From Macrostomum hystrix (lineage: Eukaryota; Animalia; Platyhelminthes): DNA of 64,000 nucleotides. Below the pieces are notes generated by a model that saw only the letters and a list, made by a program, of their open reading frames with translations, had not been told where the DNA came from and made no database searches. Shown here piece after piece: positions 1 through 12,000 of this stretch. The stretch is taken from positions 6,324,001 to 6,388,000 of the forward strand of contig CATNEN010000011.1 in NCBI GenBank assembly GCA_950097015.1. The letters run 5' to 3'. The translations under genes and the position numbers were made by a program. How positions within the stretch are numbered: position 1 is the stretch's first letter; every line of letters starts with the position of its first letter.

Positions 1-82
1 GTGCTCATTTCCATATTACTGTTATATATTGGAGTGCTGATTCTTTGTAATCTAATCTCGACTATCATTCCTTGGATTGCAG

Positions 83-3000
83 GGCAGTCGATCTCAGCAA
101 ATCAACGGCAAGTCCGCTTCCCGCTCATTGGTAAGCCAGCTTTGCTACATCTAGTGTTTGTGAAAACTGACCAAATCATTTTGAATTCATTCAATTCAAT
201 ACAGACTCGGCGCCCTTTGGAGCCAGAACTTCTGGAGAGCCTGGGCCTGGACTGCAATCACGAGATTCTGTCTGTTCACACACGCCTGAGGGGCGAGGCA
301 CAGATAGCACTGGCTCAGGTGTGTTTGGTCAATGTACATTCTTGGGTTAAAATGTACGCATAGGAATCAGAACGGGGGAGCTTAAATGTACATGTTGGAA
401 GGAGCTTAGTTTAAATGTACATTCTGGAAAGAGAACAGAAAGCTGTAGAATGTACATATCGAACAGGGGGAGAAGAAAGTTAGGGTAAACTTACGCTAGA
501 GGGAGAGGAAAGCTCGAATGTACATTTCGGCTAGAGGGAGACGAAAGCTCGAATTTACATCTCGAATAGGAATGGTAGAAAGCTTAAATGTACATTTCGG
601 CTAGAGGGAGACGAAAGCTCGAATGTACATCTCGGATAGGAATGGTAGAAAGCTTAAATGTACATTTCGGCTAGAGGGAGACGAAAGCTCGAATGTACAT
701 TTCGAATAGAAAGGGTAGAAAGCTTTAATGCACATTTCGGCTAGAGGGAGACGAAAGCTCGAATGTACATTTCGGCTAGAGGAAGAGGAAAGCTCGAATG
801 TACATTTCGAATAGAAAGGGTAGAAAGCTTTAATGTACATTTCGGCTAGAGGGAGAGGAAAGCTAGAATGTACATTTCGGCTAGAGGGAGAGGAAAGCTA
901 GAATGTACATTTCGAATAGGAAGGGTAGAAAGCTTAAATGTACATTTCGGCTAGAGGGAGAGGAAAGCTCGAATGTACATCTCACACGAATTTACTGATG
1001 CAACAGGCTAAACCGATGGCTCGAATGCAGCTGAAGGTTGACAGCAGTCCGAGCGAAGAATCGAGCAGGACGGCTCTCGCCGGCTTCAGCTGGCCAGGTC
1101 GGCTGTCCGAGAAGGACCTGCTGTGCGCCAGCCGCGGCGCCCTCCGCCTGCTGCGCGGCTGCCTGCTGGCTAGAATTGACGGTGATTGCGGAAATAGCTT
1201 ATAAGGATTTGGGTATTTTATGCTGCTACTAAGTAGTAAGCATATTTTATAGCTGTCAAACACATCAAAAAGTGCAGGATCCAAGCCAGAGCGGCTGAAA
1301 TCCCCAAATTGAATCTACGCTGATCCCATAATTAATAGTGTAAGCGCAAGTGTAACCAACTGGCTGTGATTTATGAAATTATGATTTTGCCTAACCGCAG
1401 TGTAGGCTGTCAAACGGTATGCAAGCAGCGTTAGAGATTAGGTGCAATAAATATGAATCAAGTATTAAATATAACCTAGCTACAGTAGCACTGGTATTAA
1501 TTTCTGCCCTCAGTTCAGTACTGACTGTAATCGTTCGTTCAGTAGTGTTAGCTGTAGGCATGGAGTTATATCGTAGTGTGCGTTTATCTGTGTTGGCTCA
1601 CTGCCCCCTGGCCTGAGCCATTCGCAGTGTCAGCAGACCCACGCAACGCGGGCAAGCGCTGGAGTCAATGGGTGTCTCGTTTTGAAGACTTCAATGATGC
1701 ATCAGGCATCACCAACGAGAAGCAATTAGGTGCAACTGCTGAGCTACACAGCCGACATCATCCGTGAAAACGCCGACCTGACAGCGAAAGCACAGGCCGG
1801 TGAACTCACACTCCCGCATACGCCAGACGCTCTAAAGTCTTACTTCAATGCCCGGAAAAACGTAGTCTTCACTGCAGATACAAGTTCCGCCTCAGTACGC
1901 AGGCAGCTCTCAAGAATCTATTGACGCATGGTACGCCAGATTGGGCACAGCTGCAGAGCCGCGCGAGCTCTAGAATCTCAAAGACTCCCTCATCAGGGAC
2001 CAGCTCGTGGCAACGTGTTCATACGACTAGCTGCGCGGGCGGCTGCTCCAGGAACCTGACAGAAGAGGCACGACTCAGACGACCAGCAGGTCCGCTGATC
2101 AGAAGCAGCTCACGTGTTACCGCTGCGGCGAGAAAGGCCATGCCGCTTTGGCCTGTCGCTTTGGCCTGCCGCCAGCCTCGACAGATGCCAGCAACCGGAC
2201 CAGCAGCAGAGAATCAGCACCAATGCAGTCTTCAGTGCCGCTGACGGCTCCACGGACGAAGATGTGTTTGCTCTGTAGGACTGCGGCGAGTACCCAGATG
2301 ACGTCTCGCTGTCCGTACAGGTGGCAAATCGACAACTGCCTATGATGGTTGACCGCGGAGCCAGCTGTAGTATCATGAGCCTCGGCACCTTCAGTCCAAC
2401 AAGAAAAGAAGTCCGCGCCTATATACCGACTACTAGTTCACGAACACAGCCGCCACTACTTCACCTTCAGCACGCCTCTCGCACTAATGCGACTTAAAAT
2501 ACTCAGCATGGGGTTCACAAATGCCTCAGAGATTCTGCAGCGAAACACGCTGGGCATCCTCAGCGACATTGAAGGCGTCCGGTGGGCACATGACGATATG
2601 GTGATCTGAATCTGATTTAGAATCTGATTTACAGCAGCACCACCACGAGAGACTTGATGCGTGCCTTCAGCGCCTGCGTGAGTTCGGCATCACCCTCAAC
2701 AGGGACAAGTGCAGGTTCGCCCGACCGTCTATCGAGTTTCTCCGCATTCGCCTGACCGCTCCAGGCATGGAGCCTGCTGCTGAGAGAATTAAGACCATGC
2801 AGAGCTTTCGACAGCCTGCAAACGTTGCCGACGTCCGCTCATCGTCGGCACCGCGCACTTCTTGTCAAGATTCGTCCCGAACTTCGCCCACCTCGCCGGG
2901 CCCCTCCGTCAATTGACAAAGAAGGGCCAGGCCTGGGAGTGGACGGATAAGCACACTGCGGCATTCGAAAGCATTCAAAAGGCAATCGCCACCGCGGAAA

Positions 3001-6000
3001 TGCTCGTCTTCTTCGACAGCAAGCGGCAAACCGAGCTTCTGGTGGACGCCTGCCCGGATGGCCTGGGCGCCATCCTCACGCAGAGGCAGCCGGACGGCAG
3101 CAGCAGACCCGTGGCTTCACCAGCAGAGCCCTTTCACCAGTGGAACAGCGATGCGCGCAGATAGAGCTCTGGTCATAAAATTCGGGCGCCTGAAGTTTGA
3201 GCACTACCTTTGAGCACTAGCCGGAGACTATGCTTCACTGTAGTATCATACCACCACCTTAGACTGCAACACCCAGTTAAACGGATTGGCACAGTCTAAC
3301 AAGGTGGAGCTGATGTGGATCCCTGGGCATGCCGGGTTCACAGGGAATGAGATGGCGGACCAGCTTGCAAAGGCTGGCGCAGCCAGCTCCCTGATGGGCC
3401 CGGGCCCGGAGGCCCCGATCCCCGTTTCTGTGGTCAACTCCAACATCAACCGCTGGATGGAGACCCAACACCGGAGGAGGTGGTCTAGCACCCTGAACTG
3501 TCGCCAGTCCAGGGCTGCGGTGCCAACCCCCTCTAGTAACCTGCGTAAAGCCTTGCTTAGGCTAAATCGCAGAGACCTGAGAGCAGTCACCATGGCCCTC
3601 TCGGGACATGGCTGCTTCACCAGACACCGGTACCTCCAAGGCCACGTGCCTGAGGAAACGTGTCCTTTCTGCTGCTCCGGCCGTGAAAACGCCGAGCATT
3701 TCATCTGCCACTGCCCGGCCTTCACCCGGCTAAAACATCTCGGGCCGGCACCGACCCGAGTCGAAGCCTGCTCGCCCGAGAGCATTCCACAGCTCGCCCA
3801 CTTTCTTCGGGATACCGGCCGAGCTGATTTCTTCCCAGCCTATGGCGAGGGGGATCGCGCGGCGGAACCGACCGACGGACCACGCTGAGCGGCACCGCTT
3901 CGCTGGAGGCCGTCCGGCTGCCAGGGGTTAGCGATATGGGCGGCACCGACCGCCTCCTCGCTGCGTCCGTCATGGAGGCTCCCTGCCGCTAAGTCAAGTC
4001 AAAGTAGTATCATACCACCGACAACTTGTGCCGCTGTTCAAGCCTGAATCTCGACCACCGCCACGAATGCACCGACAGCGGCGTCCAGGTGAATAACTTG
4101 ACACCGCCTTCGTCGACGCCGTGGATCGCCGAAGCTGTGCCAAAGGGTTTCAGCCTCGCTCAAGTGCGGGAAGCGTCATGCACCGACAGCGGCGTCCAGG
4201 CGGTAACTGGAATGTGCACGACCCGGCCTAACGCTCCTACAAGACCGTCAGCAACGAGCTCTCAGAGAGCGACGACGTTCTGCTAAGGGGCGACCTCATC
4301 GTCGTTTCGGAGACATTGCGCAGGCATGTCTTCCAACTAGCGCACACCGGCCATCTAGGCCCCTGACCGAACCCTGAAGCGGCTGCAAACGAAAGTTCTG
4401 GTGGCCTCGCGACTGCGAGACCTTTGTGAAGTGCTGTACGCTCTGCCAGGCCGCCTCCACTGGAGCGTGTCAAACCTTAAACCGACACAGATCCCAGACG
4501 GCGCCTGGCTCACTCTAGGCATGGACTTCTACGGACCAGTCCAGGGACAGATGCTGCTAGTCATCACAGAGCTCTACTAAAAATATCCAGAAGTCTGCTT
4601 CTTGAACTCGTCGACAGCGGAGAGCGTGAGCCCGCACCTTCGCCCGCTGTTCGGTAGATTCGGCGTCCCCATCGAGGTGGTCACTGACAACGGCCCACCA
4701 TTCGATTCAGCCGCGTTCCGCAGCTTCCTCACCGCCAATGGCATTCGACATCGCCTTATCTGCCCGCTCCACCCTGAATCCAACGGAGCGCCAGAGCGAG
4801 TCAACCGGAGCATTGGAAAAGTCATCCAGACGGCTGTGGCCGAAGAGCGTAACTGGAAGGAGGCCATCGAGGATTGGCTGCTGGCTTTCTGCACAACACC
4901 GCTGAGCTCCTCCTCATGAGCAGGACGCTCAACGAGGGCATGCCGACCACTAAGCCGACTCAGCCAGTCGATGTGAATCATGAAGAAGTTCAAGACTGGC
5001 ACCGGAACTACGTGCAAGGTATAAAAGCAAGATTCGATGACTACAGGGCTGCCCAGGAGCATGGCATCATTGACGGCAGCAAAGTTCTACGAAAGAAGCA
5101 ACCGCGCAACAAGCTGCCTTTTGAGCCGTCTCCGTGGACCGTCAAGCTGGTCCAATGAGACACATGCGTCCTTCAGCGGGGCGAACAATCCAACAACACG
5201 CTTTTCTCTTTTATCCTCTCTAGTTGGGAAGAAATGTACGTAGGCGCCCAGTTGTTCAGTCGTCTTAGCTGTAGGCCCTGAGCTTCGAGCGATAAATGTA
5301 CATCTGCGCCTATCACGTGCACGTTGCATGTTCATCACCAAATATCAAATATAATCGATTGTTCAGACCCTTCGAGCAGGGCTTTTTCGATTGCTAGGCT
5401 TTTTCTTCCATAACAATTCATCGGTCTCTCGGTCACTCCTTACAATGACGAACCCTAAAACAAGAGAGTGCACGTTAATCCGACTCGCCTTTCGATATTT
5501 GAATTTATTGTCAGAGAAGCTAGTCGTATGTTTGACAAAAGAGCGAAATTTAGAATTAACGGTACGTGCTACAAAAAAAACTATATCGAGTCACCTGTTA
5601 CGAGATAGAAGATCGGCTAACCTATTAGAAAAAAGAAGTCACTTGTTAGACAAAATACGAGTCACCTGTTAGACAGAATAGAAGGCACCTGTTAGACAAA
5701 ATAGAAGGCACCTGTTAGACAAAATAGAAGGCACCTGTTAGACAAAATAGAAGGCACCTGTTAGACAAAATAGAAGGCACCTGTTAGACAAAATAGAAGG
5801 CACCTGTTAGACAAAATAGAAGGCACCTGTTAGACAAAATAGAAGGCACCTGTTAGACAAAATAGAAGGCACCTGTTAGAATAGAAGGCACCTGTTAGAA
5901 TAGAAGGCACCTGTTAGACAGAATAGAAGGCACCTGTTAGACAAAATAGAAGGCACCTGTTAGACAAAATAGAAGGCACCTGTTAGACAGAATAGAAGTC

Positions 6001-9000
6001 ACTTGTTAGACATAATACAAGTCACCTGTTAGACAAAATAGAAGTCACCTGTTAGACAGAATAGAAGTCACCTGTTAGACAGAATAGAAGGCACCTGTTA
6101 GACAAAATAGAAGTCACCTGTTAGACAGAATAGAAGGCACCTGTTAGACAAAAAAGAAGGCACCTGTTAGAATAGAAGACATCTGTTAGACAGAATAGCA
6201 GTGACTTGTTAGACATAATACAAATCACCTGTTAGACAGGTGACAATCTAATCTAGACAAATCTATTCTCATAGAATGAGCATAGAATCTGAGCATACAA
6301 TCTGAGCCATCATCGACAACTCCGCGAATACGCATCCGTTTGCAAAGCGACACATCACTATCGATAGAGCTTCCAACCGAGGTTAATCAGCTAAAATTTT
6401 AAGTAAAAACATTGTCAATTTGCTTTGTTTTCCTTTAAAAAGCGTCTGATTGCCTGCATTGAAATATTACAGTGTTTTAGGCTCTCTACGAAAAAATATT
6501 TGTCTGTTAAAAAGTCACTGAATTTCGAATTACGCAGCCAGTTATTGAAATACCAAACATTTTTTTTGTTTCAATTGTAAGAATAATCCAACACTCCATT
6601 TTGTGTAGTAATTAATTTTTCCTTTCTGTGCATTTTTCTTGAAGCATTGGTCAGAACTTCTTTAGAAACACCTTGATAAAAAAATTTTTAAGCATCTGTT
6701 TTTCAAGCGCGCGTAGAGAGCCTTCATTGTACGCCTTGTTTTGTACACTGATATCATTTCTCTCTCCCGTTCCTATCCTTTGGTGTACAATCAATTGGGG
6801 CTCTCTAGGAAACCAGTTTTTTCTATCGCTAGCCAGTAACTATAGCTCTAATAAAATATCTTAACAATGTTCTTGTACGTCTATTTGTAAAATCTCTGAC
6901 CCAATGAGCTTGACAGTTACTGACGACTCCACCCCCACCGCGCTGAGCGAGAGCATGGCGACAAGGCAACACAGTGGAGAGCCTCATTTAGTCGAGAGAA
7001 AGCACAAATGGATAGCAGTCCAAGTTACAGAGGACGAGTGCGCTAAAGTGGATGGCCAGCCGTTTATCTACTGCCGTGATTACCTCGATTCAAATCACAC
7101 TGTACTATTTGACAAACTATTGCAAACCACTCCATGGGAGTCGCGACGATGCGTTATAAGAGGAATAGAGCACAATGAACCTCGCAGGACATTTGCTTAT
7201 GGAAAGCCATACTCCTACTGTGGAGTAGAATGGAAAGAGAACAACAACTGGCCTGAGGAGCTGCTCCAGATTAAACAGTGCTTGTCAAAAGAATTTAATG
7301 TTGACTTCAACAGTGTCCTCCTAAATCTATATCGAGATGGACAAGACTCAATCCAGCTGCATCAGGATAATGAGAAGTGTCTCGGCATCAACCCAGTCAT
7401 TGCCAGCCTGTCTCTTGGAGCTGAGAGATGCCTGACTGTTGAGAACACGGACGAAAAACGGCATTACTCATTAATAATGTCACCAGGCAGCATGCTGGTG
7501 ATGCAAGGGGACTGTCAGACCAAGTTCAAACATGGAGTCCTAAAGACGAGGGAAAGCGCACCACGCATCAACGTGACATTTCGCCACATTGTGCCTGAAT
7601 TAAACGATGTACCAAGCCGCAACGAGCCGACGCCCTCAGAAACGAGTATGGACATTGCAGTAAAGACGCCTGAGCAGATAATCGATGAAAGGAAAAAATC
7701 TGAATCGACTGATGCAGCTGACGCCCACTTTGACATCTCATTCCTCAGTCAGCCTCTTCAAGAAGCCAAGACGCGACTCGGGAAGCGGAAGCAAAAGCTG
7801 GCTGACAAAGAATCAGCTGCGTCCGCCGAAGAGACGACCGTGTTAGAAGATGCGAGCTTTAAGGTCCCGAAGACTAAAAAGTTCCGAAAAAGGAGATCAC
7901 CCATGAAGGGAGCTGACAAAAGCGATAAAGCCGTACAGACAGAGTTGATTCCAGTAGATGCAGCAACTAACACAGAGAACAACCTACTGATGGATACAGA
8001 CTGGAAACGTTTGAAATCTCTCGAGGAAGGAGTCGCAGCGGTTCTCAGTGAAGTAAAACAACTGAAAAGTAGCTTGTCAATTGATGAGTACATTCAAAAG
8101 ACTCGCAATGCGCTTCAATCCTTGACCACCGGTCTAATGCATCAATTAGAGGCAAAAGCCAAAGAAAGTCAAACGGAACTACTGAAAGCGCTAAACATCA
8201 CAAAATCCGACGTTGTGAACCATCTAAAGCAAACAAGTAGCTCAACTAAGGATGCTATCATTAGCGAAGAAAGAGCAGTGAAGGCAGAAGTAATAAAAAG
8301 CCAACAAATCAGCCACAGCCTCGAGCAGAAGGTCGGTGAACTGGTCAGTCTGCAAGCGCTGGCGTTCACTAAGACGCAGAACGAAAGAGCAGGACGGGAA
8401 ACATATGCTGAGAAGGCCTCGCGCTCAGTGAACCCAACAGCATCTTCAAAAAATGTAACGATGGCAGTCAGTGTCAGTAAAAATGCAGAGAACGCATCAG
8501 GAGCTGTAGCAAGGGACTCGGAACCAGCTGAGGCAGAAAGCAACAGTTGTACCAAACAGAAAGTTAAAGAAGGCCTGAAAAAGCATGATATAGTCGTTGT
8601 CAGCTCAAAGCTAGGGAAAGCCCTTGACTATCGCAGACTCTTCCCGAATAGTACAATTCGAGTTGTCTACTACAACACTCAAGAAAGGCTCATTGAATTA
8701 CTGCAAGAGCCAAACTTCAGTGCGCAAGAATGTCTGGTAATTGACCTAAACCATGAGCCATCAATGGAGGTGGCATATAAAGCTGTCACTGCAATTGACG
8801 CTGGGCAAAGGCAACACGGTGCGAATTGCCTGCACCTACTCATCATCCCAGACAGTTCGACACGAACAGAACAACTCTTCGAGAAAGAACTGTGTGAGTA
8901 TGGTGTTAAACATCAGCTTTTAACATTTAACTTTCATGAAATCCACTTCTACGACGGTGAACTCAACAGCAGCGGAGCGGACTTTTTGTTTGCGTTAATG

Positions 9001-12000
9001 TGCAAATGCATTCGAAATCTAAACCTGAAAGTACGGCCGCATCCGGCTAACACAGAGAACCAGCGCCAGCAAACAGTGCATCACCGGCATCAACACAGCT
9101 ACAGAGAGTCACGAGGCGGCGGTGCAACTGGCTACAGGAACTATCGAGCGCATAGCAGCTACCCAGTTCGAGATGCCAATTACATCCGTAGCGAAATAGA
9201 CCACCGCATCAGCACCAACGGCTATTTTGACAGAAGTCGTGCTAGCCGCTATCGAATCAGCAACGAGTACGACTACAACAAAAGAGACCGCAAAAACTTT
9301 ATAAGTGGCTATCGCGCCAATATCGAGCCCAGCAACTACCGCAGAAGTAGCTTTGGATACCGCAACAGATACCAACAAGTTGGTGTCAGGCGCCTCGACG
9401 ACCGCCAGTTTCGTTGCGTCGACTAGGACCGCCTGTCCAAGCCTGTCCGGCAACAACTTCAATCGCCGGGGGGGTGGAGGAGTCATTTAGCTGCTCAACT
9501 CGGGTCCTCTAACTCCTTTGCCTAATAACTTTCTATTTTTGATACCGTCAATTCCCATACCGCGCAACAGGTTTTGAAGGTTTTGAACCCGTCGTGACTG
9601 ACTCTAAGGACTACTACTCCCTCTTTCTACGAGTATGTTAACTTCTACGCTAAATTTTAACTCCCGAATAGTCACTGAAACACAGGGCAGCTGCGAAAAG
9701 AAGGTTACTTATAATAAATCAGAGTTGATTATCACCAGTTGGAACATAGATGGACTGATGCTCAGTGGAGAATGCAAAATGGAATCACCATGTTTCCACG
9801 AACATATTAGGAATAGAGACATAGTTTTCCTCTGTGAGACCCACGCCAAACAGGAGCAGCTAGACTCAAACACGCTGATAGATTTCACCTGCTTTGGAGC
9901 AGATGGAATCAAGGCAAGGGGAATCAACAAAGGTAGATTATCAAATGGCATGGTTTTCCTCGTTAAAAATAATATTGCAAAGAGAACCACATTAGTGCAC
10001 AAATCTGACTTCGCTCTGGTACTAAAAATAAAGCAAAAGCAGTCTGAAGAACCCCTGTATATCTTAGGGTGTTATATCCCACCGGAAAATTCTAAATACT
10101 ACAAAGAAGATATATGGGAGGAGATTAAATATCTCATCCAGCTCTTCTCAAGAGAGGGCTCCGTATTAACAGTAGGTGACTTCAATGCACGAACTGGCAC
10201 ATTACAGCCCAGCACTAGGGATAAGTTTCCCAGACAGAATCAGGACTCTGAGAAAAACAAGCATGGATTAAGACTGATGGAAATGTGCTCCGAGACCAAG
10301 AGCACGATTCTGAACGGAATGACTCAGGGTGACATTATGGGAAATTACACGTTTAGTAGCACACTAGGCCGAAGTACCATAGACTACGCTATTGTATCCA
10401 TGGATAAAGTGGATATTATAAAAGACTTCTTTATTCATCCTCAAAGCTTTCTGTCCAGACATTGCCCGCTAACAGTCACTCTGATTTTTCCTGATCATGT
10501 CCAACCCGAACACGCAAACCAGGAAAAACATGAATCCTTCCCAATGCCTCCAAGATGGGACACTGAAACGCAGGGAAGTTACATTGAGGCATTGAATAAC
10601 AAACAAAGCGAAGAAATAATTAGAAAGTTGCAATCTATCGACGCACACGATGGAAAATCCCTGGAAAATTTGTTCTCGAGCTTGACCAACCTGCTTAGAG
10701 ACTCAGTGGCAGAAAGCTGCGCAAAGACAATCATTCCGAACAAGTTCTGGACAAATCGAGACGAGACACTAAGAAACTTGAGCAAATCATTAAAGTACGT
10801 GGCCAGGAAAAAAAGACGTAGACCAACTGACAGCGCGCTGGCATCAGAATATAATGGGCTAGCGAAAAAATACAAACAACAGCTCAAGAAACTTAAGCAG
10901 ATGGACATAAATGACTGCATTCAGAAAATGGCGGCTAACGGAACCTCAAAGGGATTCTGGTCCGGTCTTAGAAAAGCAGAAGAGTTGCTGTTCCCCAGCA
11001 GGAGACTTAACAGACCTCAAGCCCCAATCGCTGACATCGCGGACAACCTAACCAAAGTGTTTAACGCACATCCTTCTTTGGGAACCCAGCCGCATCGCAC
11101 AGATGAAGCAGTTAGTCCCGAAGATTTAATTAGCTGCGTAGATCTCGATAGAGCAGTTAAAAAGCTAAAGAGAAGAAAGGCTGCAGGAATAGATGGTATA
11201 ACAAATGAGCACATTATCTACGGACAAGAGAAGCTAAAACCCGTACTTCTGAAGCTTTTTAACGCAAGCGTAAGACTCGGCCAGACTCCTGCACAGTGGT
11301 CAAATGCCCTAATCACACCGATTTATAAAAAGGGTTCCCGTAGTGACCCCAAAAACTACAGACCCATAAGCGTGCTGCCTGCCCTGGCTCGCCTGTTTGC
11401 CTCACTTATCTATGAAAAGCTAGAAACTCATATTCGCACCCTCGACTTGCTTTCAGCCAGTCAAATAGGAAATAGAAAGGGTTACCGAACTTCAGACCAC
11501 ATTGCCACTCTCTTGACGTTGATCCACAACAAAAAGCGTCGCAAAAGGCCATTTCACTTAGTGTTCTTTGACTTAAAAAGCGCATTTGACATGGTCCACC
11601 ATCCAACACTTTTCCAACGACTTAGGGAGTTAAAGGTCAGCCCAGAAATAATCGAAGCAATACAAAGCATGTACTCAGGAGCTAAATTCCAACTGAAGAT
11701 CTCAGATGGCCAAGCAACTAAGGCAAGGAGCATAACAAATGGAGTAAGACAAGGCTGTCCCCTATCCCCTCTACTCTTCTCACTCTATATAGATCCTTTG
11801 AGCACAATGCTAAGGGATTCATTTCGCAGCGACACCTTCATTAAAGATGAACAAATCAACAACTTGCTATACTGCGATGATTTAGTGATCTTTGGAGAGA
11901 ATCCTCGAGAGTTGCAGAAGGGCCTCGATAAAGTGTCAGAATTTTGTCAGAGCCACAAGCTAGAAATCAATATGCAAAAAACTAAGGTTATTAGCTGTTG

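Noticed and set aside
1-363. 120-aa ORF at the window start
   Set aside because: It reads through introns; only 205-318 is in the SCHIP1 frame.
3930-4000. HDV-like ribozyme (TCCTCGC loop, GG, GCTAA) at the LINE fragment 3' end
   Set aside because: P2 would be only 3 bp, P1 needs a bulge and P3 is out of register. A simple nested stem-loop explains the bases better, and such ribozymes are expected at 5' ends. An Infernal search with HDV models would settle it.
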